DNA of 64,000 nt, taken from NCBI GenBank assembly GCA_030704615.1, contig CM060731.1, positions 2,046,001 through 2,110,000 on the forward strand, read 5' to 3'. The notes beneath the pieces are model-generated. The model was not told the origin of the DNA. It saw only the letters and a list, made by a program, of their open reading frames with translations, and ran no database searches. The translations under genes were made by a program, and so were the position numbers. Below, in pieces: positions 25,314 to 38,758 of this stretch (positions within the stretch are counted from its first letter, which is position 1; each line of letters opens with the position of its first letter). Source of the DNA: Takakia lepidozioides. Its lineage: Eukaryota > Plantae > Bryophyta.

Positions 25314-26040
25314 TGTCGCGCACCTCACTTCGGTAAGCTCTCCCCTCAAGTCATAGTTACTCGCTTGATGCGCGCGCCTAACTCCCAACGTGGCCGCCGG
25401 GCCAACTTGGAGCTCCGGCTGCTCACCGGGGCATAACGGTCCCCCCCTTTGATCTCCCAAAGAACCCTCCAACGATTTCGAACCAACGGAATTCCCTTTG
25501 GTAGTTGGCAGTCCAGAACAGCTCCCCACTCTTTGGTCGCTTTTCGGCTCGCTCGCTCACTCACTAGTTTTTGGTCACCAATGGGCTTGCACCGTTCTCG
25601 GGGTTTCTACTCCCTATATATACTTCTGTAGCTGTCCGCGGGGGTTTCACAAACAACCATGCCATTTTATGGCGAACCACCACGAACACCCTCGACTCCC
25701 GGTGATGAGTCGTGGTGAGTCTTGGCCCACCCACCTCGGCCCCTATGGACCGTGATGAGTCCCAAGACTCCCCACGACTACCACCACGAGGTCTCTGCCC
25801 CAGGGTGAGTCCTATGCCACCCCCACTAAGTCCCGCTAAGCTACCACCACCCCTTGTGGAGCCACCCCCACCGCAACCCGGTGTGCGGGGCTCCACCTAG
25901 TGAGCGCCTCTGCCTCCTTGAGTGCCTTGGGCACTCAAGGGTGCTTCAGCCCCCCATACCTATCGCTGCCACTGCCCCCACCACAGGGGCAGCCCCTTTT
26001 GTGTCCCGACCCCCTGCCCTCAAGGCAAAGGGCCGCGACA
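25314..26040 (-). repeat. Element C 3' LTR (727 bp)
   Basis: On minus TGTCGCGGCCC…GTGCGCGACA; inverted copy at 37982-38704; purine-rich GGTAGGGGTG immediately upstream. Confidence 0.93.
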
Positions 26041-26920
26041 CACACCCCTACCAACAGGGAGTCGATGTCCTCATCGGCTTGTCCATTTTGTGGAAACGAA
26101 CATCCAAGTTGTGGCGTCCCACATCAAGGAGTTTGTTTCCGTACCATGGCGTCCCATGGCAAAGAACCAAACCCCACACTTGACTCTACTCTCCACTAGC
26201 TAGTTCGGCCGACTTCCTCCAAGTCCCGGCCAAGGGTGGAGCCTCTCAAGCTCCTCCTAGTGCACTCTTCTTGGCCTACTTCAAGGCCAAGGAACGATCC
26301 TCCCCGAGGATCGAATCGCCTTACTGCAACAATATTGCTTGCGACCGCTCATGATGCCGCTTTTGGCACCACCTTGAGCAAGGGTTCACCTCGAACCCTC
26401 TTTGACTAGGAAGATAATCTTGAACCAACCGCGCGCCCCAATCACTACAATTGGGTCCGCCTTGGAATGCTGGCCTGAGGTACGGGAACACGCCGAAGCC
26501 GCACTACGACTTCGTCCCGAGGCTACACGATTATAGTACGTGAACGGAAGCACGTAGCTTCCGCGTTAGCCCACACTACAAAGCAACCCCCTCGGTAGCG
26601 CAGTTATAGTACGCGCACGCGCCAGGTGCGCACTAGCACTTGAACTCCCAAATAAGGCGCAAGTTTCCTTGCCCCTTGGATGGGAGTCACCCGATTTCGG
26701 CACTACGCAAACACACGATTAACCCAATTTACCTCTCCCACTTTTGTAAGCTAGCATGCATTCTACACACTAGCCAACCACACATGCATCACCATTCCAA
26801 ACAAAATAGGACGCACAACATTTGGAACCCATTTCCTTTATAACAAATTTTTGTACAATACAAGTTTTTGCAATCGGATTCCTAAGCTAGCTAAGCCGGG
26901 CTAAGCATGCATTTCCTCCC

Positions 26921-29900
26921 TCACGCTCCAAGGTTGATGTCCCCATCAACGCTTCTTCCGCTTTTGAGGTCGTCCTTCGAAAACTGCAACCGCCTCGGAT
27001 GCGTTTCCCATTTCTGAGGCACGCACCCAAGATGCCTCCACATGATGATAGCCCTTCCATTTGACGAGATACTCCGTTTCTCGGTTCTTGAACCTCCTCG
27101 ACTTAAGTACGCCTCCACCTCGTACTCAGGTTCATTTTCATGATCCAACAGCACAGGTGGCGGACGCAACACTTGATGCCGATTCGGATGCGCTTCATCT
27201 TTGAAGTAAGGCTTCAAAAGGGAGACGTGGAATACTGGATGCACCCTGCTGTTTGCCGGCAGCTCCAATTCAGACACATCCTCATTCATAACCTTCCGGA
27301 TGCGAAAGGGTCCCGCATACGGAGGTACGAACTTTGGACTCACTTCCGGAGGTAGTCGGAAATTCTTGATGTTCAACCAGACCTCCGTGCCTGCCTCAAA
27401 CTTGACTTCCCTCCGCTTCCGATTTGCCTGCCTTTCATACCGTTTCCTAGCTTTGGCAATGTTGTACTTTGCGAGCTTCAACAAACGCCCGCGTTCTTCC
27501 AGTACCGCCGCTACTGCCGGTTCCTCAACGTCCTGGGCGGCCCAACTTGTCGGCACCAGAGGTGCTTTTCCATAGACCAATACGAAAGGGGAAACTCCCG
27601 TTGCGGAGTGTTCTGTGTTATTATAACAGAACTTTGCCGCGTCTAAGTGTTCCACCCAGTCTATTTGGTCTGCCGACACGTAATTCCGCAAGATTTGCTT
27701 CACTACGGAATTCACTCTTTCCGTTTGGCCGTCGGTCGTAGGTCGGAAGGCGGTGCTCATCTTCAGCCTTGTCCCCATCTTCTTCCAAAGTGCCCTCCAA
27801 AATTTACTCGTAAACTTTGGATCGCGGTCCGAGACAATATCCTTTGGGACTCCATGATGCTTTAAGACGTGGGCGAAGTAAAGTCGCCCTGTTTCCTGCG
27901 CCGTTGCCGTCTCCTTGGTGGGGATGAAATGGCCCATTTTACTGAACCTATCCACCACTACCATGATTGCATCGAATCCTTTTGACAGCGGCATAGCAGT
28001 CATGAAATCCATCGAGACGCTTTCCCAAGTCCCCTCTGGAATCGGCAAGGGTTGTAACAGCCCCGCTTGCTTTTTGTACTCATTCCGGTTTTGTTGGCAT
28101 GTGGTGCATGTCTTGACATACTCCTCTGCCTCCTCCCTCAGTTTGGGCCAGAAATACTCTTTCTTCAAGAGTGCCGCAGTGCACTTGGCTCCGCCGTGGT
28201 CCGCAAGCGGGCTATCATGGCATTCTCTCAAGAGGCTATCTCTGATCCCTCCCTTCGGCACGTAGAGACGCTTTTGCTTATACCGGAGCAGTCCATTTGC
28301 AAGTGGAACTACGATTTAACCCCCATCCTCAAGTCTTGCATCACGGACTTCGCCAGCTCATCCTTCCGGCAAGCCTTCCGGATCTTCCTTTGGAGCGCCG
28401 TCTCGCCCCTGAACACCAACAGGAGCTGCTGCTTTCTACTTAAAGCATCGGCCACCACGTTGTCCTGTCTTGGTTTGTACTGGATATCCACGTCGAACAC
28501 CGCCAAAGTATCTTGCCACCTAAGTTGTTTTGGGGACAACTTGGGTTGCGTGGCAAAATACTTCACCGTGACATTGTCCGTGAATACCTTCACTGGGTTG
28601 GAACCAACATAGTGGCGCCAGAGCTCAAGACAGTGCACCACCGCCTTCATCTCCTTCTCGTGCGCCGGCCACCGTTGCTCCACTTCATTCAGTTTCTTAC
28701 TTTCATAAGCCACTGGACGTCCATCTTGCATCAGTACACCCCCAATCGCGAAGTCCGACGCATCTGTATGAATCTAAAACGGACGATCGAACTCTGGGAT
28801 TTTCAAGACTGGAGCTTCCGCCATCCGCTGCTTCAATTCAGCAAAATCTTGGCCACAAAAGGTGTTCCATGCCCAGACTTTGGATTTACACAGAATGTCT
28901 GACAGTGGCCCCGCGATCTTGGCGAAATTTCTCACATACTTCCGGTAATAGGAGGCGAGTCCTAGGAAGGATCGCACTCCCGGGACCGAAGTCGGAGGCT
29001 CCCAGTCCAAGATTGCCCTCACCTTCCTGTCATCCATTCTGATCCCATCCTGTGTAATCACATGCCCCAGGAACTCCACTTTTGTGACCCCGAATTCGCA
29101 CTTTGAAGCTTTGGCATACAGCTTCCCTTCCCGCAATTTCTGGAACACCCTTTTGAGGTGCTCCAGGTGCTCCTCCTTTGTTTTCGAATACACCAAGATG
29201 TCGTCGATGTACACGATCACAAAGTCATCCAACCACTCTTGGAAAAGGCTATTCATCAGCGTGCTAAAGGTCGCGAGAGCGTTGGTGAGTCCAAAAGGCA
29301 TCACCAAGAACTCATATGAACCATACCTTGTCCTGCACGCGGTCTTCTCCTCATCTCCTTCCGCCGCTCGAATTTGATGATAGCCGGAGCGCAGAGCGAT
29401 CCGGCTGAAATACTTCGCTCCTGCCAACCGATCGAAAAGGTCGTCGATCCTTGGCAAAGGGTACCGGTTTTTGATAGTCACCTTATTCAAAGCCCTGTAA
29501 TCGACACACATCCGCAGCGTCCCATCCTTCTTGTCTGCGAATAACACCGGGGCTCCGTAAGGTGACTTACTCGGCCGGATGTACCCCTTTGACATTAGAT
29601 CTTTGAGCTGAGTCTTCAGCTCGACCAACTCTCTGTGGCTCAACCGGTAGGGCGCCTTGGCAGGCGGTTCCGATCTCGGTATCAACTCCTCTTCGCGGTG
29701 GCAAGCCGCTTGGTAAACCCTCTGGCATCACATCCTGGTATTTCTCCAAAATCCCCTTGATCCAATCTGGGCTCGGCTCCCCATCGCCTTCTCCCTTCAC
29801 TTCTCTAATGTAAAGCAAAAACTAGGGCTCGTGTGCCTCCTCCACGGCCCACTCCCTTGCTGACAGAAGGTCTATTCGCCCTCCCACGGGCTTGGGCGTT

Positions 29901-30505
29901 TCCGACACTCGTAAGACCTCGCCACCATTCCCACATGGCAGCGTGACTACTCTCTTGCGGCCATCTATGACCGCTCCGGATTTGCTCAAAAAGGTCATCC
30001 CCAAAATGAGATCCACTCCATCGATCTCGCAGACGGTGAAGTTCTCACGTCCCTCCCAACTTCCCAGTTGAAGAGGAACATCAAACGCCAACCTTGTTGC
30101 CAATTGCGGTTCTCCTTTGGCAGAACGCACCTCAATAGAGGCCCCCACGTCACTTGTCGGGAGTCCCAGCTTTTGTGCCGTTGCCGGTGTCATGAAGGAG
30201 TGCGACGCTCTTGTGTCCACCAACAACGACACGTTAGTTCCGGATATTATCCCATCCACGAACAATAATTGACTCCCTTTACGTAAGGCGCCAGTTTCCT
30301 GATACAACTCACAAGAAAATTTGCCTACCTTGCAAGTTCTGGTGACCACCGCTTCCACCAAGCGACTGATGGTATCTTCCGACAGCTTTGTGGTCGCCCG
30401 AGTCATGTTCAATTGCCGGGGCTTCGTGCACTTTTTGGCCATGTGCCCGGGCTCCCCGCAATTGAAACACACTCCATCAAAGGTCGCCTTCTGTCCGTCA
30501 TATGC
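26921..30505 (-). pseudogene. Element C gag C-terminus and pol (PR, RT, RH, INT, chromodomain), fragmented
   Basis: CFNCGEPGHMAKKC; LLVDTRASHSF; YIDDILVYS; PVAYESKKLNEVEQRW; SVSMDFM, VSDRDPKF, DGQTERVN; YAGPF. Chromodomain EYEVEA…, then after a frameshift VLKSR…EYLVKWKGY…SWV (~27130-27000). Confidence 0.93.
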
Positions 30506-33500
30506 GAGGTTTACTATTTCATGAGCAGAAACCATGAGCCATGAGCCATGAGCCGCATGAGCGGTGAGCCGAAGTCTAAGACACGCGGATTTCATGAGCG
30601 GACTCCTCCAAATTTGGAAATGCGGCAGATTAAACAAGTATTAAAATAATAGTTTTATATTTGACCTTGCCGTTTTTGGAAGTTACGGATCCTGTAATGC
30701 GGCAAAGATATGTCGTCAGTAACAACTCCGCTCATGGTTTTTTAGATCCGCTCATGGAAATGAGTGACCGTGCAACGAGAAATCCCGTATACCACGGCAA
30801 AAGGACGTCGCATACTGGCCTGTATAGAGTATTCCACGGTTTTACATGCCTTAACATTGGAATGAAGCTGACCCTTTTGCCGCGACTGAACCAATAGAGT
30901 CTGCACAATTCTATCATCTTCCAGTATTCGGCGGGAAAGTTTTGCAAGTGAACTAGGAAATGCGGTGCCGCATTAGGGTTCGCACGTGCGAAATTTCTGG
31001 GCGGTTTGGTGTTGCTGACTGCCGCATCTACCAGTACCTACGACGTTACTTGGAAATGCGGCGCCGCATTTCCTTGCCGGGGGTTGAATGAGGAAAGCAA
31101 AGTTTGGGAGAGCTGAAAAACAGGAACCCTCCAACACACAAAAATACATGCACGTGGAAACACGACTGAATGACATAGTATTATCGACGTTCGAGCAAAA
31201 CAGGTTACTGGTAGGCAAGACATAAGTCGGACCTTTTTGTGGCCAGAGTCAGAGCTACTTGCAGCAGTACAGTTCTACTATCCGAAAAGAATGGGCGTAC
31301 CATTGTGTTGGGACCGCAAGCCAAGGTCACTGGTCCCCTGGATCCATATTCAGAAGAGTGTGCACCTCTTGGGGCTCAACCCTGGTGCATGTATGAAGTG
31401 ATGAGTTGTGGAATTACACCGGAGTCTCTTTAGGTACACGTAGTACAAATGCTTGCAAGGGCAGTATGATGCCCCCTTGTTCGCCATGATCTGGAAGTCG
31501 GTGCAATTGCAGGTGGGTAATTCTGAAATGGTGATGGTGTACACCTCATTGCGAACAGCTGAGCCTGCTGTGGCCATCTGATACACACGCCCGAAGTCTG
31601 GTGGGGGCACTTCTGTCGAGCTCTGGATTGTACAGTTCATCCGAAGTGCATTCCCCATCCTCGTCTCGTTCACTTTTGAGGGAGGTCGCCGCCTCTTCGG
31701 TTTCCCCCAACGGTGTGTAGGATGCTTAGAGCTGTCGGGTCCCATTGTTCTTGCTCTCACAGGGGTCGGTGGTGGAGGCTGTGGAAGCGGAAATGGTTGT
31801 CTGGGGACGTCAGTGCGCTACACCATCCGAAATCCTGCGGCGGTAAGGGCATCGGCCTCAACCTGACTCAGATCGCAGCCTGGTTCGACCGGCCACACCG
31901 GGGGAGCCTCTGGCATTGTTTGTATGCCGTACTTGGGCTTTCCATACACGCAAGTCATAATGTCGTGCCTGCAGAACCAGAACTGGGTGGTTGTCGCCTC
32001 CGCAAACTTTGCATGGACAAATCTTCCTGTAAAAGTAGGAGCAGGGACAACACCATCTGGATTCCTCCTTATCATCTCTAAACAATGTTGCCGTGTATCC
32101 ACTCGAATTGCGGAACACCTGCCTCGAAACGACGGTTTTGTGCGAGCAATTCTCCACTGTGACGCAGACACAGTCGTCTCCACAATGGCTTGGCCATACT
32201 GCATAACAGGGGGCGGAATCTGGGGCAAGCGAGCGGTGGGAATTTCTCGCACGGAATCCCCGCTTGAAGGCGATGGCGATTTGGAATTTCTTGGGCTTCC
32301 ACTGTTGGAAGACACATTGTGCGGCAACATGACGGGCCCTTGAGGTGCTGTCCGAATGTTCCTGTCGGATCTCCAGGAATCCTCTTCGCACCCGGGTTCC
32401 TCTTCAATCCTCCGCCTCACAGGGCGAGTACGGACGTCCCCCTCTAGGTGTTCACCTCTGCGGTGCAGAGGCGTCCCTTTGATCTTCTCTCGCAATGTTG
32501 TCGCCCATTTCAGTGGATTCTTCGACCTCGAAGCTGTTCGCACCAACAATTCCTCCCTGTCCGGCCCAAAGCCCCATTGTTTCCCGCTCAGGAACTTGTA
32601 GTACGTGGCTTGCTGCATGATTGCTCTGTCGATGTCCTCCGTTGTGGCCGTCACTACGTCCACCAGATGTGCGGCAGAAGACGCTCGCCAGGAGGAGTGC
32701 ACTGATTCTGCCATATTCGTGTTTGGCATGTCCGTGTCGGAATCCAAGCACCGCTCCTACAAGGACACAGACAATGGTGAGGAACCAATGGAAAGGTCCG
32801 TAATAGAAAGACAATTGCACGAAAATGACAGGATCATACCTCCCGCATGTACTGTCCGAACTGTCGATACCGGAAATGCCACCACCCCAACCAGCTGTGC
32901 AAGGCTCCCAGATTGGTTGTCTCCACTGCACCTGACGTGTTCCACCAAGCCTCGATGATAGCAAACTTAACCTCCGCGTCATCAAATGTGGGTGCATCCT
33001 TCCACGCCGTACAAAGGACACGGTGTTCAGCCTGGAATGAGCTAGCAACAAATTTGGTAGTGTAGTGGGATAGACTCTGCATCCAATGGAATCCATAGGA
33101 TCTCTCTTTCCCCTCCATTGGAACATTGGGGTCCTCACCGTACACACGCCGCACCGCTGCCCAGTTGGCCTGAGCGTTGTCTGCCATGAATCCCCTGAAA
33201 TTGGGCTCTGGCAATCCCGCCCTTGCCATCTGCTCGTTTATGCCCTCCCACAGATGCATCTCCGACTGTGTGTCCTCCCCTTTCATCTCGCAGATTGCAA
33301 TCGTCATGAGCCTCTTGGAATGATAGTCATAAACATGCACACCCATAGTCACCCACTGATGGTTTGTAATTTGCTTGATGTGATCAGACATCACCCAAGC
33401 ATTTGATAGGTTTTCAATTGTCATGCGAGTGACCAAGTCAACTCCACTCCCAAGCCCACACGTCAACATTTTAAAAATGTAACAACGATCGGATTCGCTG

Positions 33501-34154
33501 CCTTGCCCTGGAAACCTGCTACCTTGGATGTAGTCATATCCAGTCATTCGTTTCACCTCCAGGATTGAGTGCATGTCCGACCCCCGGCCGAACTCCTGCT
33601 TGCAAGATACGATGTGATTCCGCACATTCGGACTACAAACGTGCGAGACGGACTCCAACAGGTCAAGCATCTCCTTTTCGTTCAAGGGCACTCGGTCTGA
33701 ACCATCTTCAGACATGATTTTTCCAAGAGCAATCTTGTGGGCTGCCTTCAGCTGAATCTGCTTTGGTCTTGCTCCGGGGCTCAATTTCACCTCCTCTTTT
33801 ATGATGTCATGTGCTTCCTGCACAGCCTCACGCATGTTGCCTCTTGCCAAGGGGTGGCAGTGGACCCCAACGTGTATGCAAGCTCTAGTCAAGTCCGGGA
33901 GCAAATGGATTACGTAATATTGCTTGGCTCTGCACATGGACATGCACGTCGGTGGTTCTTTGCAATGTGCGCACTTGAAAGTACCCGCAGGAGCTTGGCT
34001 GGAGACAATGAATAGATGATCGTTGTGCCAGTCCAATCCGTCTCGTTTCTCCGCCCTCCTTTGGAAAGAAAGTGGAAGCAGGCGGGATTCAGGCACCTCA
34101 GCTTCCCCGCACAGAGGACGTATCGTACACGAACACCATTAGCAATTTTCGTGC
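30506..34154 (-). mobile_element. D2: Mutator-like transposon, transposase-side arm (inserted in element C gag)
   Basis: Terminal GAGGTTTACTATTTCATGAGC at 30506; colinear with D1; similarity stops abruptly at 34154. Confidence 0.9.
31327..34154 (-). pseudogene. D2 MULE-like transposase with SWIM finger, 5'-truncated by the inversion breakpoint
   Basis: ORFs 32834-34096, 31818-32747 and 31350-31760; FMADNAQANWAAV, FHWMQSL, NMAESVH, CNCTDF…CKH; intron 32757-32839. Confidence 0.9.
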
Positions 34155-37100
34155 AGCTTCCTTTGCCGACTCTGGCCAAGCAGGGACACGTCTTTCCTTT
34201 CTCTTCTCTTCTGCTTTCGCATGCAGATCTTTCTCAGACTCGTCAACAATTCCGTCAGACATGTCCAGGTACCACGGGCATCCAACGAGATGCGCGGCAT
34301 GCCATTGTTTCTGCATCTCGGGTGTGTAGACACAACTTGGACCCGCCACGGTCCAAGCCATGAAGAACGGGGGCTCTTGAGCCAGGGCCCCTGTCTGAAG
34401 AAGCACGTATTTCATATACCTGCAGGGCAGGGCAGTCAGCATGCGTGAGCAAAAGTTGAGAGCAACGTACTCGCAGAGTGCAACCGAAAACATAAAATGC
34501 GAATGCGGTGCCGCATTTCCCAGACAAACCTCATAACCAGGCTTCGCATAGAAGGACAGCTGGGCTTCACCTGTAAACAATTTGCATTGCAGCTTTTCCC
34601 GCTCCCTCCTAATGTGTAAACTCCACGCTCCTTCTTGCTGTCTGCAGCTCCCTGGCGAAGAGGTTGTCCTTGTACGCACATCTGAAACGTGTCACGTAGT
34701 CTTCCAGTGTGTGTGTTCCATCCCATTTGACGTACAAGCCGAATGAATTTGTATGCATTACGACTTGCTCCTTCGCATTCGTCATTACCTGCGATTCCCA
34801 CATGCATTGTCACGTAGCAGTTCTGGGAATTCATTTCAGAAAAGCAAATCTGGGGAAGTACCTTGAATTACCTGGAACCACCAAGTCATGCGGTTGAGCC
34901 ACACATCCACTGCAGGGTTGGAAACTTCGAGTGGGAAAGACCACATTGTCCTTATACTCTCCAATGCATTCTAGATCGACAGCCACCGTGTCTGCCATTT
35001 CCGATCCAATGTCAGGAGCAGGAAGAAGAGTGGCTATTGCTAGAAAGGAACTTCAGTGCATTGAAACCTCACCTTGTCTTTCGCCTCAACACATGTCGTT
35101 GAGAGGTGATGCAGTTTCTCCAACTGCATGGTCGGCTGCATGGCCCGAGAATAGTGTTTTGCAATCTCGGGGATGAAGTCCTTTCCAAGTGCCGGATCTG
35201 CAATGGCCACCAGCTTCATAAGCTTTGACTTGTATTTTGTTCTGGACTTGACCCCGACTTCCTTCAAGTGCTCAGTCAATGACTACAATGTTTTGACCTG
35301 CCCCTCACTTTCCATGAAGAAGCGTTTGGCATGGGCCAAATCCAGCTTGATGTTTGACTGCCAACAAAAACATGCAGAAGCGTTACATTCGATTCATGTG
35401 GAAAGATTACTGAAAATTGGGGAAGGATGAGTAGAGGGAAATGGGAGGATGACTTACTTCGTATATCACCTCCACCATTCCATCCATAGTGAGACGATAC
35501 CATGTCCGGTCAGTTTTTGCCACGGCTTTCTGAATGAGCTCGGGCTCCAGCATTTCCGCAAACATGTGTGGATCAGTGAGACCAGTTTTCCTCACCCTAT
35601 ACAGCATATGTGCCATGTGGGTATGCACGTACGCATTTTCAGTGACCCTGCAAGGCACACTCTCCAGTTCAGTCCACGGAAGCACGGAAACAAAACAGAT
35701 TGGAAACCGAAATGCGGCACCGCATTTCGAACGTGCTTGGGAGGGTATGAGTATCTTACGAGTTGAGGTCCGCCATGGCATTCTTGAGCAGGGAGGAGTC
35801 TGCCGCCTTCACCTTGAGGATGACACACTCCACCATGTAATGCCAGCCAATGTGCTTGGCATGGTTCTGCTTGATGTACTCCCACCAGGCAAGAAGTCGG
35901 TGATTCCTGTCCCACACAAAGAACATTTTACCCGACATATGGCCGAAGTCTGGATCACCCTTCAGCATTGCCTCGAATTCGTCGTTGCGAGTGTGCCAGT
36001 GGGTATCCCAGGTTGACAATTCGTCCGCAGTGGGTCCACGAGATTCGCCGTCCTCATTCTCAAGGAAAATGTAGAAGGCTGGCGAACCTAGACGGTACCC
36101 TTCTCGAAATGCGAACTTGAGCTTATCCACATCTCCGGGAAGTGCCTGCCTGATGATGGGAAGGGAGACCATGCGACAGAGTGGGATTCGAAGAGTCCGC
36201 TGGAATACCCTGCTGCCCAGAACTCTGCCAATGCTACTGTGTGTCTCCTCCAACATTGTATCCGCTGCACTTTGGAATTCCTCCGGAGACATTTCTGCAG
36301 GTGGCGGTAGGGGCTGAGCAGCTGGAGCATCCCCAACTAGAGCTGCACTCTGGGGAATCTTTGCGGGCAATTCTGCAATTGCAGAGGCCTCCTCCGGGCC
36401 TGCAGTATTCTAAAGATCTTCCTCAATGGTGGTCAGGTCTTGCTGCGAATGTTGAGCGGCAGCACCCTCCTCCGGTACCAGATCGACAAAATCGGTTGAT
36501 CCCATTGCCTTTGCTGCAGCAGAGACGCCCCCAACATCACCAGGCTGGAAATCAAACAGGAATTGGGCTTCAGCTCGTGGAATCGGTTTTGCGGGAGACT
36601 GCTCCGCCCTCCCCCTGATTGCCTTGTGCTTCCGCATTCTTGCAGCTGAAGGTGTCTGCTGCAATTGAATCTGCTTCATTCACGAGGGTGGGGGGGAAAC
36701 GGCCTGGCCCGGTTCAGAATCAAGTTGAAGGACGGGCTGCTTCTTCTTTGTCTTTGCTGGAGAAGGGCCCGACCCCTACTGGCGATTCTCCATGACCTTC
36801 GAACGCGAGTTGCTCTCTGGGGCTTTGAACTGCAAAGACTTGCCCTTCGACGCCGCGTCCTTGAAACGCACAAGGCTAGGCCCGGCGGGATGACCCGTGC
36901 TCGTGGATCGGTAAGGTGTGCGTGCTGCAGCTAGCTCCACGGACTCTTCCTGCGGCTCTTCAGATTCCTGCGATCCCTCCAGCACGTCCATCTTTCTGGT
37001 TAGGCATGCAAACATCTTCTGCATTCAAGTCTCCTAGCATACAGTCTAAGAATTGCAGAAGAAAAATGAGGGGGGTTTTGGTGCTCGATCAGCTGCGCGA

Positions 37101-37300
37101 ATCCCGATAGCACGGAGCTCTCACTGGTGGCTGGGTTGCCTGCGTGGCCTGCTGCTACGAGATGGCAATCTCCTCCTGTAGACGCATCTGTTTCCTCCCC
37201 TTCGGCATTGGCCTACGTCCGAAGTACAATTTTCGGAGCTTGCGACAATGTCTCTTCTCTGGTGCACGCACTCCCTCCCTCTCAGGTTCGAGCATAAGAA
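34155..37300 (-). pseudogene. Multi-exon accessory gene of D with a ParB/Sulfiredoxin-like domain
   Basis: Exon 35760-36370: IPLCRMV…IRQALPGDVDKLKFAFREGY…FFVWDRNHRLLAW (DGxHR-type motif with G>R). GT-AG introns at ~35648-35759, ~35409-35457 and ~34420-34529. Low-complexity N-terminal exons at 36410-37300. Confidence 0.65.
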
Positions 37301-37639
37301 GAACAGAGACAGGGAAAAGGGGCGAAGAGTGCAGATGGAAAGGGTGCAAGAGGGGTGACTGAGTAGACACGACAAAAGAAGATGAAACGGCGGTGATGCA
37401 CCACTTGGGTTCGAAAGGCTTGGACGAAAGTGTCTCCTCGTGGACTATGCATCATTACGAAATTCGAATCGTCAAGGGTACGCCTGCCGTCCGAAAAACA
37501 AACATCATTATCCAACGGTCAGGCCGGCCGCCTCCTGCCACTTCAGTCAGATAGAGTGCAGACATGTGCCACAATTCCGTTGGTCCACGTGTTCACATAT
37601 CATGGCATTTCCGTCCCAGCGTCTGATGAGTTAGAGTGA

Positions 37640-37981
37640 AAAAGCAAATGCGGCGCCGCATTTCCATTAAGTACCATCCCGAAGCTACACATACCGTAGT
37701 TGTTGGACGAAAATGCGGCACCGCATTTCCATTCCACCTTCACATACCTTAGTTGTTGAACGGAAATGCGGTGCCGCATTTCAGTTCCGATGGTTCACGA
37801 TTTTCAGTGAGAACGGAAATGCGGTATGGCATTTCCGTTCTGGAGAGTATGAAGGTCTCCCCGGGACGGAAATGCGGTGCCGCATTTCCGTTCCGTTCTG
37901 GAATGTCGGAAGGTGCGACTCGGACGGAAATGCGGTGCCGCATTTCAGTTCCGATGGTTCACGATTTTCAGTCAGAACGGA
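37640..37981. repeat. Continuation of the D1 palindrome array (inverted)
   Basis: AAATGCGG cores at 37646, 37711, 37764, 37817, 37870 and 37928, plus a half-site at 37981; spacers are reverse complements of those at 24700-25313. Confidence 0.9.
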
Positions 37982-38704
37982 TGTGGCGGCCCTTTGCCTT
38001 GAGGGCAGGGGGTCGGGACACAAAAGGGGCTGCCTCTGTGGTGGGGGCAGTGGCAGCGATAGGTATGGGGGGCTGAAGCACCCTTGAGTGCCCAAGGCAC
38101 TCAAGGAGGCAGAGGCGCTCACTAGGTGGAGCCCCGCACACCGGGTTGCGGTGGGGGTGGCTCCACAAGGGGTGGTGGTAGCTTAGCGGGACTTAGTGGG
38201 GGTGGCATAGGACTCACCCTGGGGCGGAGACCTCGTGGTGGGAGTCGTGGGGAGTCTTGGGACTCATCACGGTCCATAGGGACCGAGGTGGGTGAGCCAA
38301 GACTCACTGCGACTCATCACCGGGAGTCGAGGGTGTTCGTGGTGGTTCGCCATAAAATGGCATGGTTGTTTGTGAAACCCCCGCGGACAGCTACAGAAGT
38401 ATATATAGGGAGTAGTAACCCCGAGAACGGTGCAAGATGGTGACCAAAAACTAGTGAGTAAGCGAGCGAGCCGGAAAGCGACCAAAGAGTGGGGAGCTGT
38501 TCTGGACTGCCAACTACCAAAGGGAATTCCGTTGGTTCGAAATCGTTGGAGGGTTCTTTGGGAGATCAAAAGGGGGGACCGTTATGCCCCGGTGAGCAGC
38601 CGGAGCTCCAAGTTGGCCCGGCGGCCAGGTTGGGAGTTAGGCGCGCGCATCAAGCGAGTAACTATGACTTGAGGGGAGAGCTTACCGAAGTGAGGTGCGC
38701 GACA
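37982..38704 (+). repeat. Element C 5' LTR
   Basis: TGTGGCGGCCC…GTGCGCGACA, preceded by ACGGA and followed by the PBS. Confidence 0.93.
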
Positions 38705-38706
38705 CT

Positions 38707-38718
38707 TGGTATCAGAGC
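38707..38718 (+). promoter_or_regulatory. Element C primer binding site (tRNA-iMet)
   Basis: TGGTATCAGAGC, 2 nt after the LTR end. Confidence 0.93.
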
Positions 38719-38758
38719 TTAGAGTTCAGTACGCAATTGTCCTTGGATTGGCCTCATC

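Larger units (their letters stand above)
25314..30505 (-). mobile_element. Element C (chromovirus, Galadriel-like Ty3/gypsy), 3' half
   Basis: 3' LTR 25314-26040 followed on minus by ACGGA; gag knuckle, PR, RT, RH, INT and chromodomain. Confidence 0.92.

Noticed and set aside
34098-34179. Natural fusion of the ParB-like gene to the transposase
   Set aside because: D1 and D3 show a different transposase N-terminus; 34154 is a rearrangement breakpoint.
25314-38704. Single element with inverted LTRs (DIRS-like)
   Set aside because: It has a DDE integrase with chromodomain, a PBS and TSD-type flanks, and no tyrosine recombinase. The inversion explains the orientation.
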